A DNA stretch of 64,000 bases from Acidobacteriota bacterium (GTDB lineage Bacteria > Acidobacteriota > Vicinamibacteria > Vicinamibacterales > 2-12-FULL-66-21). The translations under genes were made by a program, and so were the position numbers. Within the stretch, counting starts at the first letter, position 1; each line of letters starts with the position of its first letter. Location: contig JBKPTE010000060.1 in assembly GCA_046735335.1 (NCBI GenBank), positions 1,125-65,124 on the forward strand, given 5' to 3'. The notes under the pieces are model-generated. The model made no database searches. It had not been told where the DNA came from and was given only the letters and a program-made list of their open reading frames with translations. Below are positions 1 to 8,342 of the stretch, piece by piece.

Positions 1-852
1 GGGGAGACACGGGTTGCCACGTGCACGGACTGCCATGGGGCGCATGGTGTGCGAACCCGGCAGGATCCCGCCTCTCCCGTCGCGCCGCTGCACGTTGTCG
101 CCACGTGCGCGCGATGCCATTCGGATCGCGAGAGGATGGACGCGTTCCACCTGCCCGACGCGCCGGACGACTGGAGGCACAGCGTCCACGCTGCGGCGCT
201 CAACGCAGGCGATCTGTCGGCGCCGACCTGCAGCACGTGCCACAGCGGCCACGGTCCGCTTCCCGACGGCGCTGCGCGTCTCGACGAAGTCTGCTGGCAG
301 TGCCACGTCCGCGAAGCAGACCTGTACAAAGCAAGCCCGAAGAAGAAGCTGTTCGACGAAACGGATCACCCGGGGTGCGTCACGTGTCACGAGGCCCACA
401 AGATCGAGAAGCCGGCGGACAGTTTCATCGGCATCAAAGGGTCGGCGGTGTGCGCCGTGTGCCACGATGCGGATATGAAGGGCGCGAAGGAAATTGCGCT
501 GGTTCAGCAGGGCCTGGCGCACCTCACTCAAAGCATGAACAGCGCCAGTGTTGTGATGGATCGGGCCGAGCGGGCCGGAATGCTCGTCGATGACGGCCGC
601 GATGCGCTGCGGGACGCGCGTGAGCGGCAGATTCAAGCGCGAGTGGCCGTTCACACGTTCACGGCCGCGCCGTTCAGCGCGTCGGCCAATGCCGGGGTGA
701 AGGACGCGCAGCGCGCGGAACGGGCCGCGTACGACGCGCTCGCCGAACTGCAGTTCCGCCGGAAGGGGCTCGCTGTGGCGACCGTCCTGATCGTTGGCTT
801 CCTCGTGACGCTGTGGATCAAGATCAGGCGCCTGCCGCCCGCGAGCGAATAG
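1..852 (+). CDS. multihaem c-type cytochrome, 5' end outside the window, C-terminal membrane anchor
   Basis: Frame 1 is open from nt 1 (GETRVATCTDCH...). Six CxxCH motifs lie in the window (CTDCH, CARCH, CSTCH, CWQCH, CVTCH, CAVCH), arranged as three paired-CxxCH units. A helical region is followed by a hydrophobic helix GLAVATVLIVGFLVTLWI and then KIRRLPP. Stop at 850-852. Confidence 0.85.
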   Translation, partial: GETRVATCTDCHGAHGVRTRQDPASPVAPLHVVATCARCHSDRERMDAFHLPDAPDDWRHSVHAAALNAGDLSAPTCSTCHSGHGPLPDGAARLDEVCWQCHVREADLYKASPKKKLFDETDHPGCVTCHEAHKIEKPADSFIGIKGSAVCAVCHDADMKGAKEIALVQQGLAHLTQSMNSASVVMDRAERAGMLVDDGRDALRDARERQIQARVAVHTFTAAPFSASANAGVKDAQRAERAAYDALAELQFRRKGLAVATVLIVGFLVTLWIKIRRLPPASE

Positions 853-864
853 CCCGCGACTCAG

Positions 865-3552
865 TCAAAAGCTCATCACGTACGAGAACCCGAACACGCT
901 CACCTTGTACTTGAACGGCTGCTCGTTCGTCGGCAGCACTCCGCTGAGCGTGCCGGCGCCTGTCGACATTCCCTCGTACATCCAGTCGCTGGACGACATC
1001 TGCAGGTAGGCATAGGAAATCTTCAGAGACCGGGACTTGGCAATCGGCACCGTACCGGCAGCCCGGAACTCCGCGGTGTTGGACGTGACGATCGGTAGCG
1101 GGGAGGCGGGAATGAAGTAGGCGGCAATCGTCGTCGGAGGCCCGCCGGCGCCATTGAGCACGTTGTTCGCCCAGTTGCCGCCCGAAACATTGTCGGTCGA
1201 CTGGGCGCGGGCGAGGGTCAGCATGCCGGTGAACGCAACGATCCCGACCTTTTTTGTGAGATCGAACCCGACCGTGTGGACCCGGTCGCGGGTGTCGGAC
1301 GACCAGTTGAGGCAAGGGTCCAACTTGTTATGGTTGTTCCGCTCCTGAAGCGTGGCGAACGAATCGCACGCGTTACCCGCGAGGAAGATCGCACCAGGCT
1401 GGCCGTTGGCAATCGTGGCGGCGTTGCTGTTGGCGGTGTACGTGTTGCCGGCGCTGACGCCGGCCTGCCGCTCGTACGTATAGAAGACGTCGGCGCTGAG
1501 CGTGTCGCTCGGCATGTACGCGGCGTCGATGTCTGCGGTCCAGCCTTTCGCGTTCTGCAGCCCGTAAGTGGAGCCCGGATAGTCGTCCCGGTTGAAGTTG
1601 ACGCCGCCCTGAAACGAGTACGATTCACCAGCCTGCCAGGCGAGAGACGATCGGATCTGATCGCGATCGCGGTCCGCGACCCAGTAGCGCCGCAGCCCCC
1701 GCAATTCGCTGATGCGATTGTTGTTCGCGTACTGCGCGTTCGCCAGTGCGCTGTTGCCTGGAAAGAACACGTTCATGTTGCCGGTCGTTGCCGCAAACCC
1801 GAGGGGAGGTCCCCACCCGTTCCAGCCGTTCGCGTTCATGAAGCTGACGGCCGTTGCCCCTCCGGTTGCGGACGCCGGGCTGACGCCCGCGAATGGCACG
1901 AGCGCGAGGAAGGCGTTCTCGTTATAGGCGGGTGCCCGGCGCATCGCATGGGCGTAACCGGCACGCGCGGTGATCGCCGACCGTATCGTCGCGTGCCAGT
2001 CGGCCCGGGCCGTCTGTTGATTGGTCCTCGCGGCGTCCTCGCAGTCGATCCATGCGCCCGGACACGCGCGATTGAGGCGCTCGAAATCGTAGCCCGCCTT
2101 CACGCCCTGCACGCTGGTCAGCTTGTAATCGACGTCAAGCGACACCTGGTGGGAGGTCCGGCTGTATGGCCGATTCGCGTTTGCGTTCTGCGCGAGGACG
2201 AGGCCGAACGGATTGTTCGGGCCAGCCACGAAGTTGTTGTTCACGGCCGGCGATTCGCCCGCATCCGAGTACTGAAACAAGTGGATGGGCGTTCTGTTGT
2301 CGCGATCCTCGAGCCGGTAGGAAACGGCCACGTTCAGGCTCTTCCGCGGTCGATTCGTGAACTTGGCGTGAAACAGCCGGCTCACGACGAGCGCGTCGGG
2401 CGACGATACGGGTACAACTGGAGTCGTCGCATCCGTCAGAAACGCTTCGTTCTGAGACGCGCGGCCGTAGGAGCCATCCGCAGTGATCCTGCCCGTGGCG
2501 CCCACCTTCAAGGCCGCGCTGCCGGAGAGCTGGCTGAACATGTTGTTCGGAGCGCTGCTCATCGTGTTCACGGTGCCGCCGCTCGTTGCCCAGTTCTGCC
2601 ACGACATGAACGGAACGTGATTCGTGAAGAACGAACCATAGTAGCCCGCCTGCAGGAACGCTCGTTTGCCGGTGTAGTGAATCGCGGTGTCGACTTGGTT
2701 GTGGTTGTTGTCGATTGGATCGGGAACGATCGTGGCGATGTCCCCGCCCGTGTTGCGCGACACCGTCCCCATCGGCTTGGATCCCTCCTTATGCTCTGGG
2801 CGGATGTCCGCGTCGACGGCCCAACGTTCGTCGAAGTGGTACGTGATGGCGGCGAGGGCAGACGTTCTCGTCGTGAAGATCTTGACGTCGTGAAAGGCCG
2901 CCAGGTCGGCCGCGGCCGCGGCGTTCACGAGGGCAATCTGCGCGCCGGTCGGCTGGATGAGCGCTCCCTGATTCGTCGCGCCGGTGCCAAGGTACGGCGC
3001 GGCGCCATTTGCCGGAACGAGACCCCTGGCGCTCAGTGTGTTGCCGGCGGGCGAGGCAATTGTCGGCACGATCCACGTGGGCGGCAGCGTGAGCACGTGC
3101 GACCCTGCGCCGTCGTAGATCGTTTGGTACGTATCGGAGCGATTCCGGCGAAGCTGGCCGAACGCGCCGATGATGCGATACCGGCCCTGTGTGCCGAATT
3201 CCGCAAACGCACTGCGGGTATCGAGTCCAAGGTCGCGCCCCTCGAGGCGCCAGCGCCGCGCGCTCGGGCTGTCGTACGCCGTCCGATCGCGCAGATTGAC
3301 GTTGCCCAGCGCGAACACACCGCTGCGATAGAGGCCGTTGTATTCACCGGCCTTGAACGAGCCGTCAGTCGCGCCCAGACCGCCCACCTCGACCGCATTG
3401 AGAAAGACGGGCGCCTCCGCGTCCTGGTGCTCCTGCTGCGCCTCTTGAGCGGCGACCACCTTCGCCGCGGCCGCAGAGAGGAGCACGGCCAGTGCGATGT
3501 GAACCGCCGCGATAGCCGGGTGCAGCGCCGGAGCCGAAGCCGATGTCCTCAT
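865..3552 (-). CDS. MtrB/PioB-family decahaem-associated outer-membrane beta-barrel protein
   Basis: 895 aa. Signal peptide (AAVHIALAVLLSAAAAKVVAAQE). The N-terminal region GSFKAGEYNGLYRSGVF...RWRLEGRDLGLDTRSAFAEFGTQGRYRI...LTLPPTW matches the remembered MtrB/PioB family signature. Alternating beta-strand composition and a C-terminal aromatic residue (YVMSF). Lies 22 nt downstream of the decahaem gene. Confidence 0.85.
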   Translation of the reverse strand: MRTSASAPALHPAIAAVHIALAVLLSAAAAKVVAAQEAQQEHQDAEAPVFLNAVEVGGLGATDGSFKAGEYNGLYRSGVFALGNVNLRDRTAYDSPSARRWRLEGRDLGLDTRSAFAEFGTQGRYRIIGAFGQLRRNRSDTYQTIYDGAGSHVLTLPPTWIVPTIASPAGNTLSARGLVPANGAAPYLGTGATNQGALIQPTGAQIALVNAAAAADLAAFHDVKIFTTRTSALAAITYHFDERWAVDADIRPEHKEGSKPMGTVSRNTGGDIATIVPDPIDNNHNQVDTAIHYTGKRAFLQAGYYGSFFTNHVPFMSWQNWATSGGTVNTMSSAPNNMFSQLSGSAALKVGATGRITADGSYGRASQNEAFLTDATTPVVPVSSPDALVVSRLFHAKFTNRPRKSLNVAVSYRLEDRDNRTPIHLFQYSDAGESPAVNNNFVAGPNNPFGLVLAQNANANRPYSRTSHQVSLDVDYKLTSVQGVKAGYDFERLNRACPGAWIDCEDAARTNQQTARADWHATIRSAITARAGYAHAMRRAPAYNENAFLALVPFAGVSPASATGGATAVSFMNANGWNGWGPPLGFAATTGNMNVFFPGNSALANAQYANNNRISELRGLRRYWVADRDRDQIRSSLAWQAGESYSFQGGVNFNRDDYPGSTYGLQNAKGWTADIDAAYMPSDTLSADVFYTYERQAGVSAGNTYTANSNAATIANGQPGAIFLAGNACDSFATLQERNNHNKLDPCLNWSSDTRDRVHTVGFDLTKKVGIVAFTGMLTLARAQSTDNVSGGNWANNVLNGAGGPPTTIAAYFIPASPLPIVTSNTAEFRAAGTVPIAKSRSLKISYAYLQMSSSDWMYEGMSTGAGTLSGVLPTNEQPFKYKVSVFGFSYVMSF

Positions 3553-3573
3553 CGTGGATACCTCGACCTGCGG

Positions 3574-4692
3574 TCAACGCTGGAATTTGGCGCCGGCCGG
3601 ATGATTGGAGCCGTGGACCAGCACGTGACAGTTCAGGCACGCGCGCGCCGCGAGCTGTGCCCGCGGCGACGCTGCGCCGGGCTGCTGCAGCCCACGCGCA
3701 GTGGTGACGCCGCCGCCTGCCAGGTTTGCACCGCTATTGATCTGCGCCGCGTGATCGCCCGTGTGGCACTGCTGGCAGAGCAGCGGCGGTCTCGTCTTCA
3801 GAAGCGACGGGTTCGTCGATCCGTGCGGTGTGTGACACGTGGTGCAGTCGTCCGCCACCGGCGCGTGCTCCCACAGGAATGGGCCGCGCTTCTCCGCGTG
3901 GCACGTGTAGCAAGTCTCGTTGACGGAGTTCTTCACCAGGAGCTTCGGTCCCGTGGACCCATGTGGGTTGTGGCAGTCGGAGCACACCATCTTGGGCGCG
4001 CTGGCAAGGCTCGTCGTCGCGAGCGGGTGCGCCGAGATCCGGCGCGTCTGGGCACGCTGCTCCTTATGACAGGTGAAACACACTTGCGCCTGCGTCGCGC
4101 GGTTCAGCACCTTTTGTTCGGTCGCGTGTACGGTGTGGCAATCCGTGCAGGCGATGTTGCGCATCTCGTGCTGGCTTCCCGTCCAGTGCATCCGAAGCCC
4201 GCCCTCGTGACACGTGACGCAGATCCCGTTCCTGACGGGCACCGGCGACGCATCACGGCCGCTGAACACCACCGCGGTCGGGTTCATCGTTGGCTCCGCG
4301 ATATGCGCGGCGCTGGCGCCATGACACGACTCGCACTGATGTTGCGCCTGCGGCGTGCGGGGATCCGCATTGACACCGTGGCGCGACTGCAGGATGAGAG
4401 TACTGGGGGCGCTGCTGTGGCAGTCGAGGCAAGCCTTCTCGCCCGTCGGCGCATATCCCGAAGGCGGCTGTTGCGGCGGCGCGGGCGTGGGGGGGGCCTG
4501 TCCCGCTATACGCGTCCCACGCGGTGCGGGAATTTCCCCTGTTGCGGGGGATTTTCCCCGCGTCGCTGGTGCTGCCGTACCCGAAGAAGCGCTGACGCTC
4601 ACCCCGCTGTAGGCAATCAGGGAGGCGAGGGAAATGACCAACCCGTAGATAACGCCGCCGATTGCGCCTGACGATCGCCGGGGTGGAGTCAT
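3574..4692 (-). CDS. periplasmic decahaem c-type cytochrome, MtrA/PioA/DmsE family
   Basis: 372 aa. Exactly ten CxxCH motifs (CLDCH, CESCH, CVTCH, CTDCH, CFTCH, CSDCH, CYTCH, CTTCH, CQQCH, CLNCH). N-terminal signal/anchor helix followed by a Pro/Ala-rich linker (PPTPAPPQQPPSGYAP) before the first haem. Confidence 0.9.
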   Translation of the reverse strand: MTPPRRSSGAIGGVIYGLVISLASLIAYSGVSVSASSGTAAPATRGKSPATGEIPAPRGTRIAGQAPPTPAPPQQPPSGYAPTGEKACLDCHSSAPSTLILQSRHGVNADPRTPQAQHQCESCHGASAAHIAEPTMNPTAVVFSGRDASPVPVRNGICVTCHEGGLRMHWTGSQHEMRNIACTDCHTVHATEQKVLNRATQAQVCFTCHKEQRAQTRRISAHPLATTSLASAPKMVCSDCHNPHGSTGPKLLVKNSVNETCYTCHAEKRGPFLWEHAPVADDCTTCHTPHGSTNPSLLKTRPPLLCQQCHTGDHAAQINSGANLAGGGVTTARGLQQPGAASPRAQLAARACLNCHVLVHGSNHPAGAKFQR

Positions 4693-4837
4693 GTTCGCTC
4701 CCGGAGTGTGGCAGCTGCCGCCACCGGCCGGGGCAATTGCCGTGCCCGCGGCAGGCGCGCGTTGACGTGTTCAGATCCGAGAATTCCTGGGGAACGCCGG
4801 CGGTGTTCGCCGCGTCTCCAAAGTGCCACGAGCTGCG

Positions 4838-5063
4838 ATGAAGTACATCCGCCTGGCGTATCTCGAGCGCCGCAAGCGTACGCGACGGAAATTCTCCGTC
4901 GTTGACGGCCGTTCGCGGAAACGAGGCGCAACTCGCGGGTTTCTACCTGCTCGACGCGCCGGACAGCAACGCGGCGATCGAGGCTGCTGCCCAGCGATCG
5001 CGCCTTGAGGCGGAAGGACAGCAGGCGGGCTCGGTGCTTGACCGCCCCTTCAGTGCTGGCTAG
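4838..5063 (+). pseudogene. degraded YciI-like (DGPF-domain) gene remnant
   Basis: Starts MKYIRLAYLE (YciI-like N-terminus). The hallmark DGPFAET-EAQLAGFYLLDAPDSNAAIEAAAQ...GSVLDRPF can be read only by assuming two 1-nt deletions, at about 4910 and about 4922, taking the frame from 2 to 1 to 0. The frame arithmetic is self-consistent. Only about 22 codons separate MKY from DG, far fewer than I recall for intact members, so an internal deletion is also likely. Confidence 0.45.
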
Positions 5064-5117
5064 CATTCGTACCATGCGTGGTGCCGCGGTCAACCGGCCG
5101 AATCTGAAGTAGGGACG

Positions 5118-5915
5118 ATGCCGCAAGGCGCCGTGAGTGCTGTCGCCGAACGCGCGGTGCGCCATGATCGAGCGCTGGCGCTGCTCGCGATTGCCGCGAT
5201 CACGGTGCTCTCCTGGATCTATCTGGTCAGGATGGCGTCGATGATGACTGCGGCGGCCGGCGAGCGCGCGATGCACGCCGCGATGGGCATGCCTGAAATG
5301 GCAGCATGGGGGCCCGCCGAGCTCCTCATGCTGTTTCTCATGTGGGCGGTCATGATGACGGGCATGATGCTGCCGTCCGCGGCGCCGCTCATCCTGCTCG
5401 TGATCGGCACGTATCGCCGCCGCGGCGATCGCGCGCGCCTCCTCACGTTCGCCTTCGCGTCCGGGTATCTCGTCGCGTGGACGGGGTTCAGCGCGATCGC
5501 CGCGTCGCTCCAATTGCTGCTTCATCGCGCGGCCCTGCTCTCGCCTTCGATGTCGGCGACATCCGTGTTGCTGGGCGGAGCGATGCTGCTGGCTGCCGGC
5601 GTCTATCAATGGCTTCCGATCAAAGGGGCGTGCCTGACGCACTGCCGATCGCCTCTCGCCTTTCTCGGAACGCATTGGCGTGACGGGGTTCGCGGTGCGC
5701 TCGCGATGGGACTCCGGCACGGCGCGTTCTGCATCGGCTGCTGCTGGGCATTGATGCTCCTGCTCTTCGCGGCAGGGGTGATGAACCTGTTCTGGGTCGG
5801 CGCAGTCGCGGCATTCGTGCTGGTGGAAAAGCTCGCGCCCGGCGGCGGACGCATCGGCCGGATTGCCGGCGTGCTGCTGGTCGCGTGGGGAGCCTGGATC
5901 CTCGCCTCGGTGTAG
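5118..5915 (+). CDS. DUF2182-family predicted metal-binding integral membrane protein
   Basis: 265 aa, multi-pass hydrophobic protein, Met-rich (MASMMTAAAGERAMHAAMGMPEMAAW...MLFLMWAVMMTGMMLPS). Typical partner of DUF1326 immediately downstream. Confidence 0.75.
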   Translation: MPQGAVSAVAERAVRHDRALALLAIAAITVLSWIYLVRMASMMTAAAGERAMHAAMGMPEMAAWGPAELLMLFLMWAVMMTGMMLPSAAPLILLVIGTYRRRGDRARLLTFAFASGYLVAWTGFSAIAASLQLLLHRAALLSPSMSATSVLLGGAMLLAAGVYQWLPIKGACLTHCRSPLAFLGTHWRDGVRGALAMGLRHGAFCIGCCWALMLLLFAAGVMNLFWVGAVAAFVLVEKLAPGGGRIGRIAGVLLVAWGAWILASV

Positions 5916-5951
5916 CGCACCGCTTCAGAGGTGCCGCGTTCGGAGGACTTT

Positions 5952-6596
5952 ATGAACGACGTCCCACGATGGAGTGTCACGGGCGACTGGTTCGACACGT
6001 GCAGCTGCAGCATTCCCTGTCCCTGCACGTTCGCGCAGCCCCCGACGAACGATGCCTGCGAAGGCGTCCTCGCGTGGCATATCAGGACGGGCCGCTACGG
6101 CGACGTGCGGCTCGACGGCCTGAACGTGATGGCCCTCGGCTTCTTCAGGGGGAACATCTGGGAGGGCAAGACGAAGGTGTCGATGGCGATCTTCATCGAC
6201 GAGCGCGCCGACGAACGTCAGCGCCAGTCCCTGCAGATGATCTTCGGCGGCCGCGCGGGCGGCTGGCCCGGCACGTTCGCCAGCTTCATCGGCGACGTGC
6301 GCGGAATGGAGTTCGCGCGCATCGACTTCCACGTGGACGACGATCTCGCGTCGTGGCGCGCGGAGATCCCGGGCCGTGTCACGGCCGCAGCGGAAGCGCT
6401 CGGCGGACCGACGACCCCGCCCGGCAAGCGCGTACAGGTGCACAATGCAGGCGGCGCCGAGGTGGGCCCCGGCGCGATCGCCACGTACGGCAGGTCGACG
6501 GCCGATCGCGCCGACGCCTTCGGGTTCACGTGGGATCGGAGCGGCCGTTCGAGCAAGCACATGCGCTTCGACTGGTCCGGGCCCGACTCGGCGTGA
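5952..6596 (+). CDS. DUF1326 domain-containing protein
   Basis: MNDVPRWSVTGDWFDTCSCSIPCPCTF... carries the Cys cluster characteristic of DUF1326. GGAGGA Shine-Dalgarno 5 nt upstream of the ATG at 5952. The track ORF starts at 5931, but that start has no RBS. Confidence 0.8.
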   Translation: MNDVPRWSVTGDWFDTCSCSIPCPCTFAQPPTNDACEGVLAWHIRTGRYGDVRLDGLNVMALGFFRGNIWEGKTKVSMAIFIDERADERQRQSLQMIFGGRAGGWPGTFASFIGDVRGMEFARIDFHVDDDLASWRAEIPGRVTAAAEALGGPTTPPGKRVQVHNAGGAEVGPGAIATYGRSTADRADAFGFTWDRSGRSSKHMRFDWSGPDSA

Positions 6597-6657
6597 GGTC
6601 ATGCCGTAACGGCAGACGTTGGCGCCGGGCAGCCTCATCGGTTAACGTGATCCTCGG

Positions 6658-6864
6658 ATGTCCGACATCTACTTCGACGGAGATCCGGCGACCGACAGCG
6701 CCCGCCGCCATCTCGAACGCGTGCTGAAGGAAGAATCGCCGCGGCGCCGGCGATGGCCCTGGATCCTGACGGCCATTGCGGGCGCGGGCGTGTGGTACTT
6801 CTGGCCGCGCAGCCCGCGAGAACCCCGTAAAGCGCAGGCGGCAGCGGAACGGGAGCAGCGCTAG
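6658..6864 (+). CDS. small hypothetical membrane protein
   Basis: 68-aa ORF with one hydrophobic helix (WPWILTAIAGAGVWYFW) flanked by basic residues. No recognisable family. Coding status uncertain. Confidence 0.3.
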   Translation: MSDIYFDGDPATDSARRHLERVLKEESPRRRRWPWILTAIAGAGVWYFWPRSPREPRKAQAAAEREQR

Positions 6865-6898
6865 GCTCGAACCCGTTGCTCGAACCCGTTGCTCGAAG
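6865..6898. repeat. tandem 13-nt direct repeat (2.6 copies of GCTCGAACCCGTT)
   Basis: Read directly: gctcgaacccgtt gctcgaacccgtt gctcgaag. It starts immediately after the stop of the small ORF and lies upstream of the 6925 gene. Confidence 0.9.
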
Positions 6899-6924
6899 AC
6901 CGGACAGGGAGGTATAACGTCCCT

Positions 6925-7464
6925 ATGCCTCAGCGTTTCCTTCGCTTCCTCTTCACGCTCGCGCTCATCGCCCTGCCGCTCGCGGTAGGATCCATCCAAG
7001 CGGACGCTCCGCAGACGCCTTCAGGAAAGGACACCGTCCTGAACGCCGCGGACATCTCGCCGAAGCTTTTCCCGGAACAGGTGTTCTACCGTGGACGCGT
7101 CGCGCCGGTACAGATGCGCAACACGGGCGGCGTGCATTTCGCGGACGATCTCTACGTGCTCGCCGGTCTCGTCGACGTCTCCGGATATTCGAGCGGCGTG
7201 CGGGAGAAGTATCAGGGATATCTCCTGACGGAGGTCCCGCTCGACGTCGACGGGCACGCGCTCCAGCCGGGCGCATACGGGATCGGTTTTCTCCAGGGCG
7301 CGAAATTCGTGGTGACGGACCTCGGCTCGAAGACTGTGCTGGAGGTGTCCGGCAATCGCGATGCGCAGCTGAAGATGCCGATGCCTCTCCAGGTTCAAGC
7401 CGCGAAAGACGCTTACCGTCTCTACATCGGCCGGGACTACGTGACGCTCAAGAGGACCAGATAG
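6925..7464 (+). CDS. secreted hypothetical protein
   Basis: Signal peptide MPQRFLRFLFTLALIALPLAVGSIQADA. GGGAGG upstream of the ATG at 6925. No family recognised. Confidence 0.6.
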   Translation: MPQRFLRFLFTLALIALPLAVGSIQADAPQTPSGKDTVLNAADISPKLFPEQVFYRGRVAPVQMRNTGGVHFADDLYVLAGLVDVSGYSSGVREKYQGYLLTEVPLDVDGHALQPGAYGIGFLQGAKFVVTDLGSKTVLEVSGNRDAQLKMPMPLQVQAAKDAYRLYIGRDYVTLKRTR

Positions 7465-7467
7465 CGG

Positions 7468-8292
7468 TCACCCGAACTCCGGACCGGTAATCGCGTACAC
7501 CAGCGGCGGCTCGCCTGGCGCGAGGAATGCGCCTCTGTACATTCGCGCGAAGGAACGCTCGATCGCGAATCCGAGATCGGACAATGCGCGTCTCCACGCC
7601 TGTTGAGCGTCGGGCACGTCGATGAAGAACGTTCGGCCCGCGTGTTCCGCAAGGCATGCCTCGACGAGCGCCCGAGCCGACTCAGGGCTGTCGGCGACCA
7701 GCGGACCGAGCTGGTCCCGGTTGTGGCCGCGGCGGCCGAACAGGTACCCGCGCAGTCCGCTGCCGCCGCGGATTGCCCACGCATATTCCGGGGCCTCGGA
7801 AGCGAAGCGCTCGAGCAGACCTCGGCGCGAGGCGCCGAAGGCGCGTCGATCCATCGCGTCAACCGCGAGCCAATCCCCTGGTTCGAAGCGACGTACGGCT
7901 GGCGCCCGCGTGCCCGCGAGTCGCGCGCCCTCCACGAACCATCGCGCGAGACCGTACTCCGCGGAAAAGCCGAGCGTTCGGTACAACGGCTCACCGAGCG
8001 CTGTCGCGTCCAGCCGCGCGGTCACACCGTCGGGGACCAACGCCAGGCCGCTCTTGAGCAGACGCGTCCCGACACCCCTCCCGCGAGCGGCCGGGTCGAC
8101 GAGGACCATCGAAAGCCACGTGAAGGGCCCATACGGCAGCGTCGCGACGCTCCCGATGACGCGCCCGTCCTCCTCGGCGACGAGCGCGCCGCGCGGTGCG
8201 GACGTCAGAAAGCTCTGCCAGTCGCGTTCGGTCTGGTTCCATCCGCTCGCGCGGCAGAGCGCCAGCCCGGCGCCGATGTCGCGGGGCAGCAT
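7468..8292 (-). CDS. GNAT-family N-acetyltransferase
   Basis: Core motif VLVDPAARGRGVGTRLLK (acetyl-CoA binding Q/RxxGxG/A) with a C-terminal YitH-like extension. ATG at 8292 preferred. The GTG at 8358 would overlap the divergent gene start. Confidence 0.8.
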   Translation of the reverse strand: MLPRDIGAGLALCRASGWNQTERDWQSFLTSAPRGALVAEEDGRVIGSVATLPYGPFTWLSMVLVDPAARGRGVGTRLLKSGLALVPDGVTARLDATALGEPLYRTLGFSAEYGLARWFVEGARLAGTRAPAVRRFEPGDWLAVDAMDRRAFGASRRGLLERFASEAPEYAWAIRGGSGLRGYLFGRRGHNRDQLGPLVADSPESARALVEACLAEHAGRTFFIDVPDAQQAWRRALSDLGFAIERSFARMYRGAFLAPGEPPLVYAITGPEFG

Positions 8293-8342
8293 GTGACGGA
8301 TTGAAACGCCGAAGGGCACCAAGGCCTCATAATAGGCCCCCC

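Noticed and set aside
1276-4671. 1131-aa plus-strand ORF, the longest in the track
   Set aside because: It lies entirely antisense to the mtrB-like and mtrA-like genes. Its composition is Arg/Gly/Val/Ala/Pro-rich with no motifs, which is the typical shadow ORF of a GC-rich genome. The minus-strand genes have strong family signatures.
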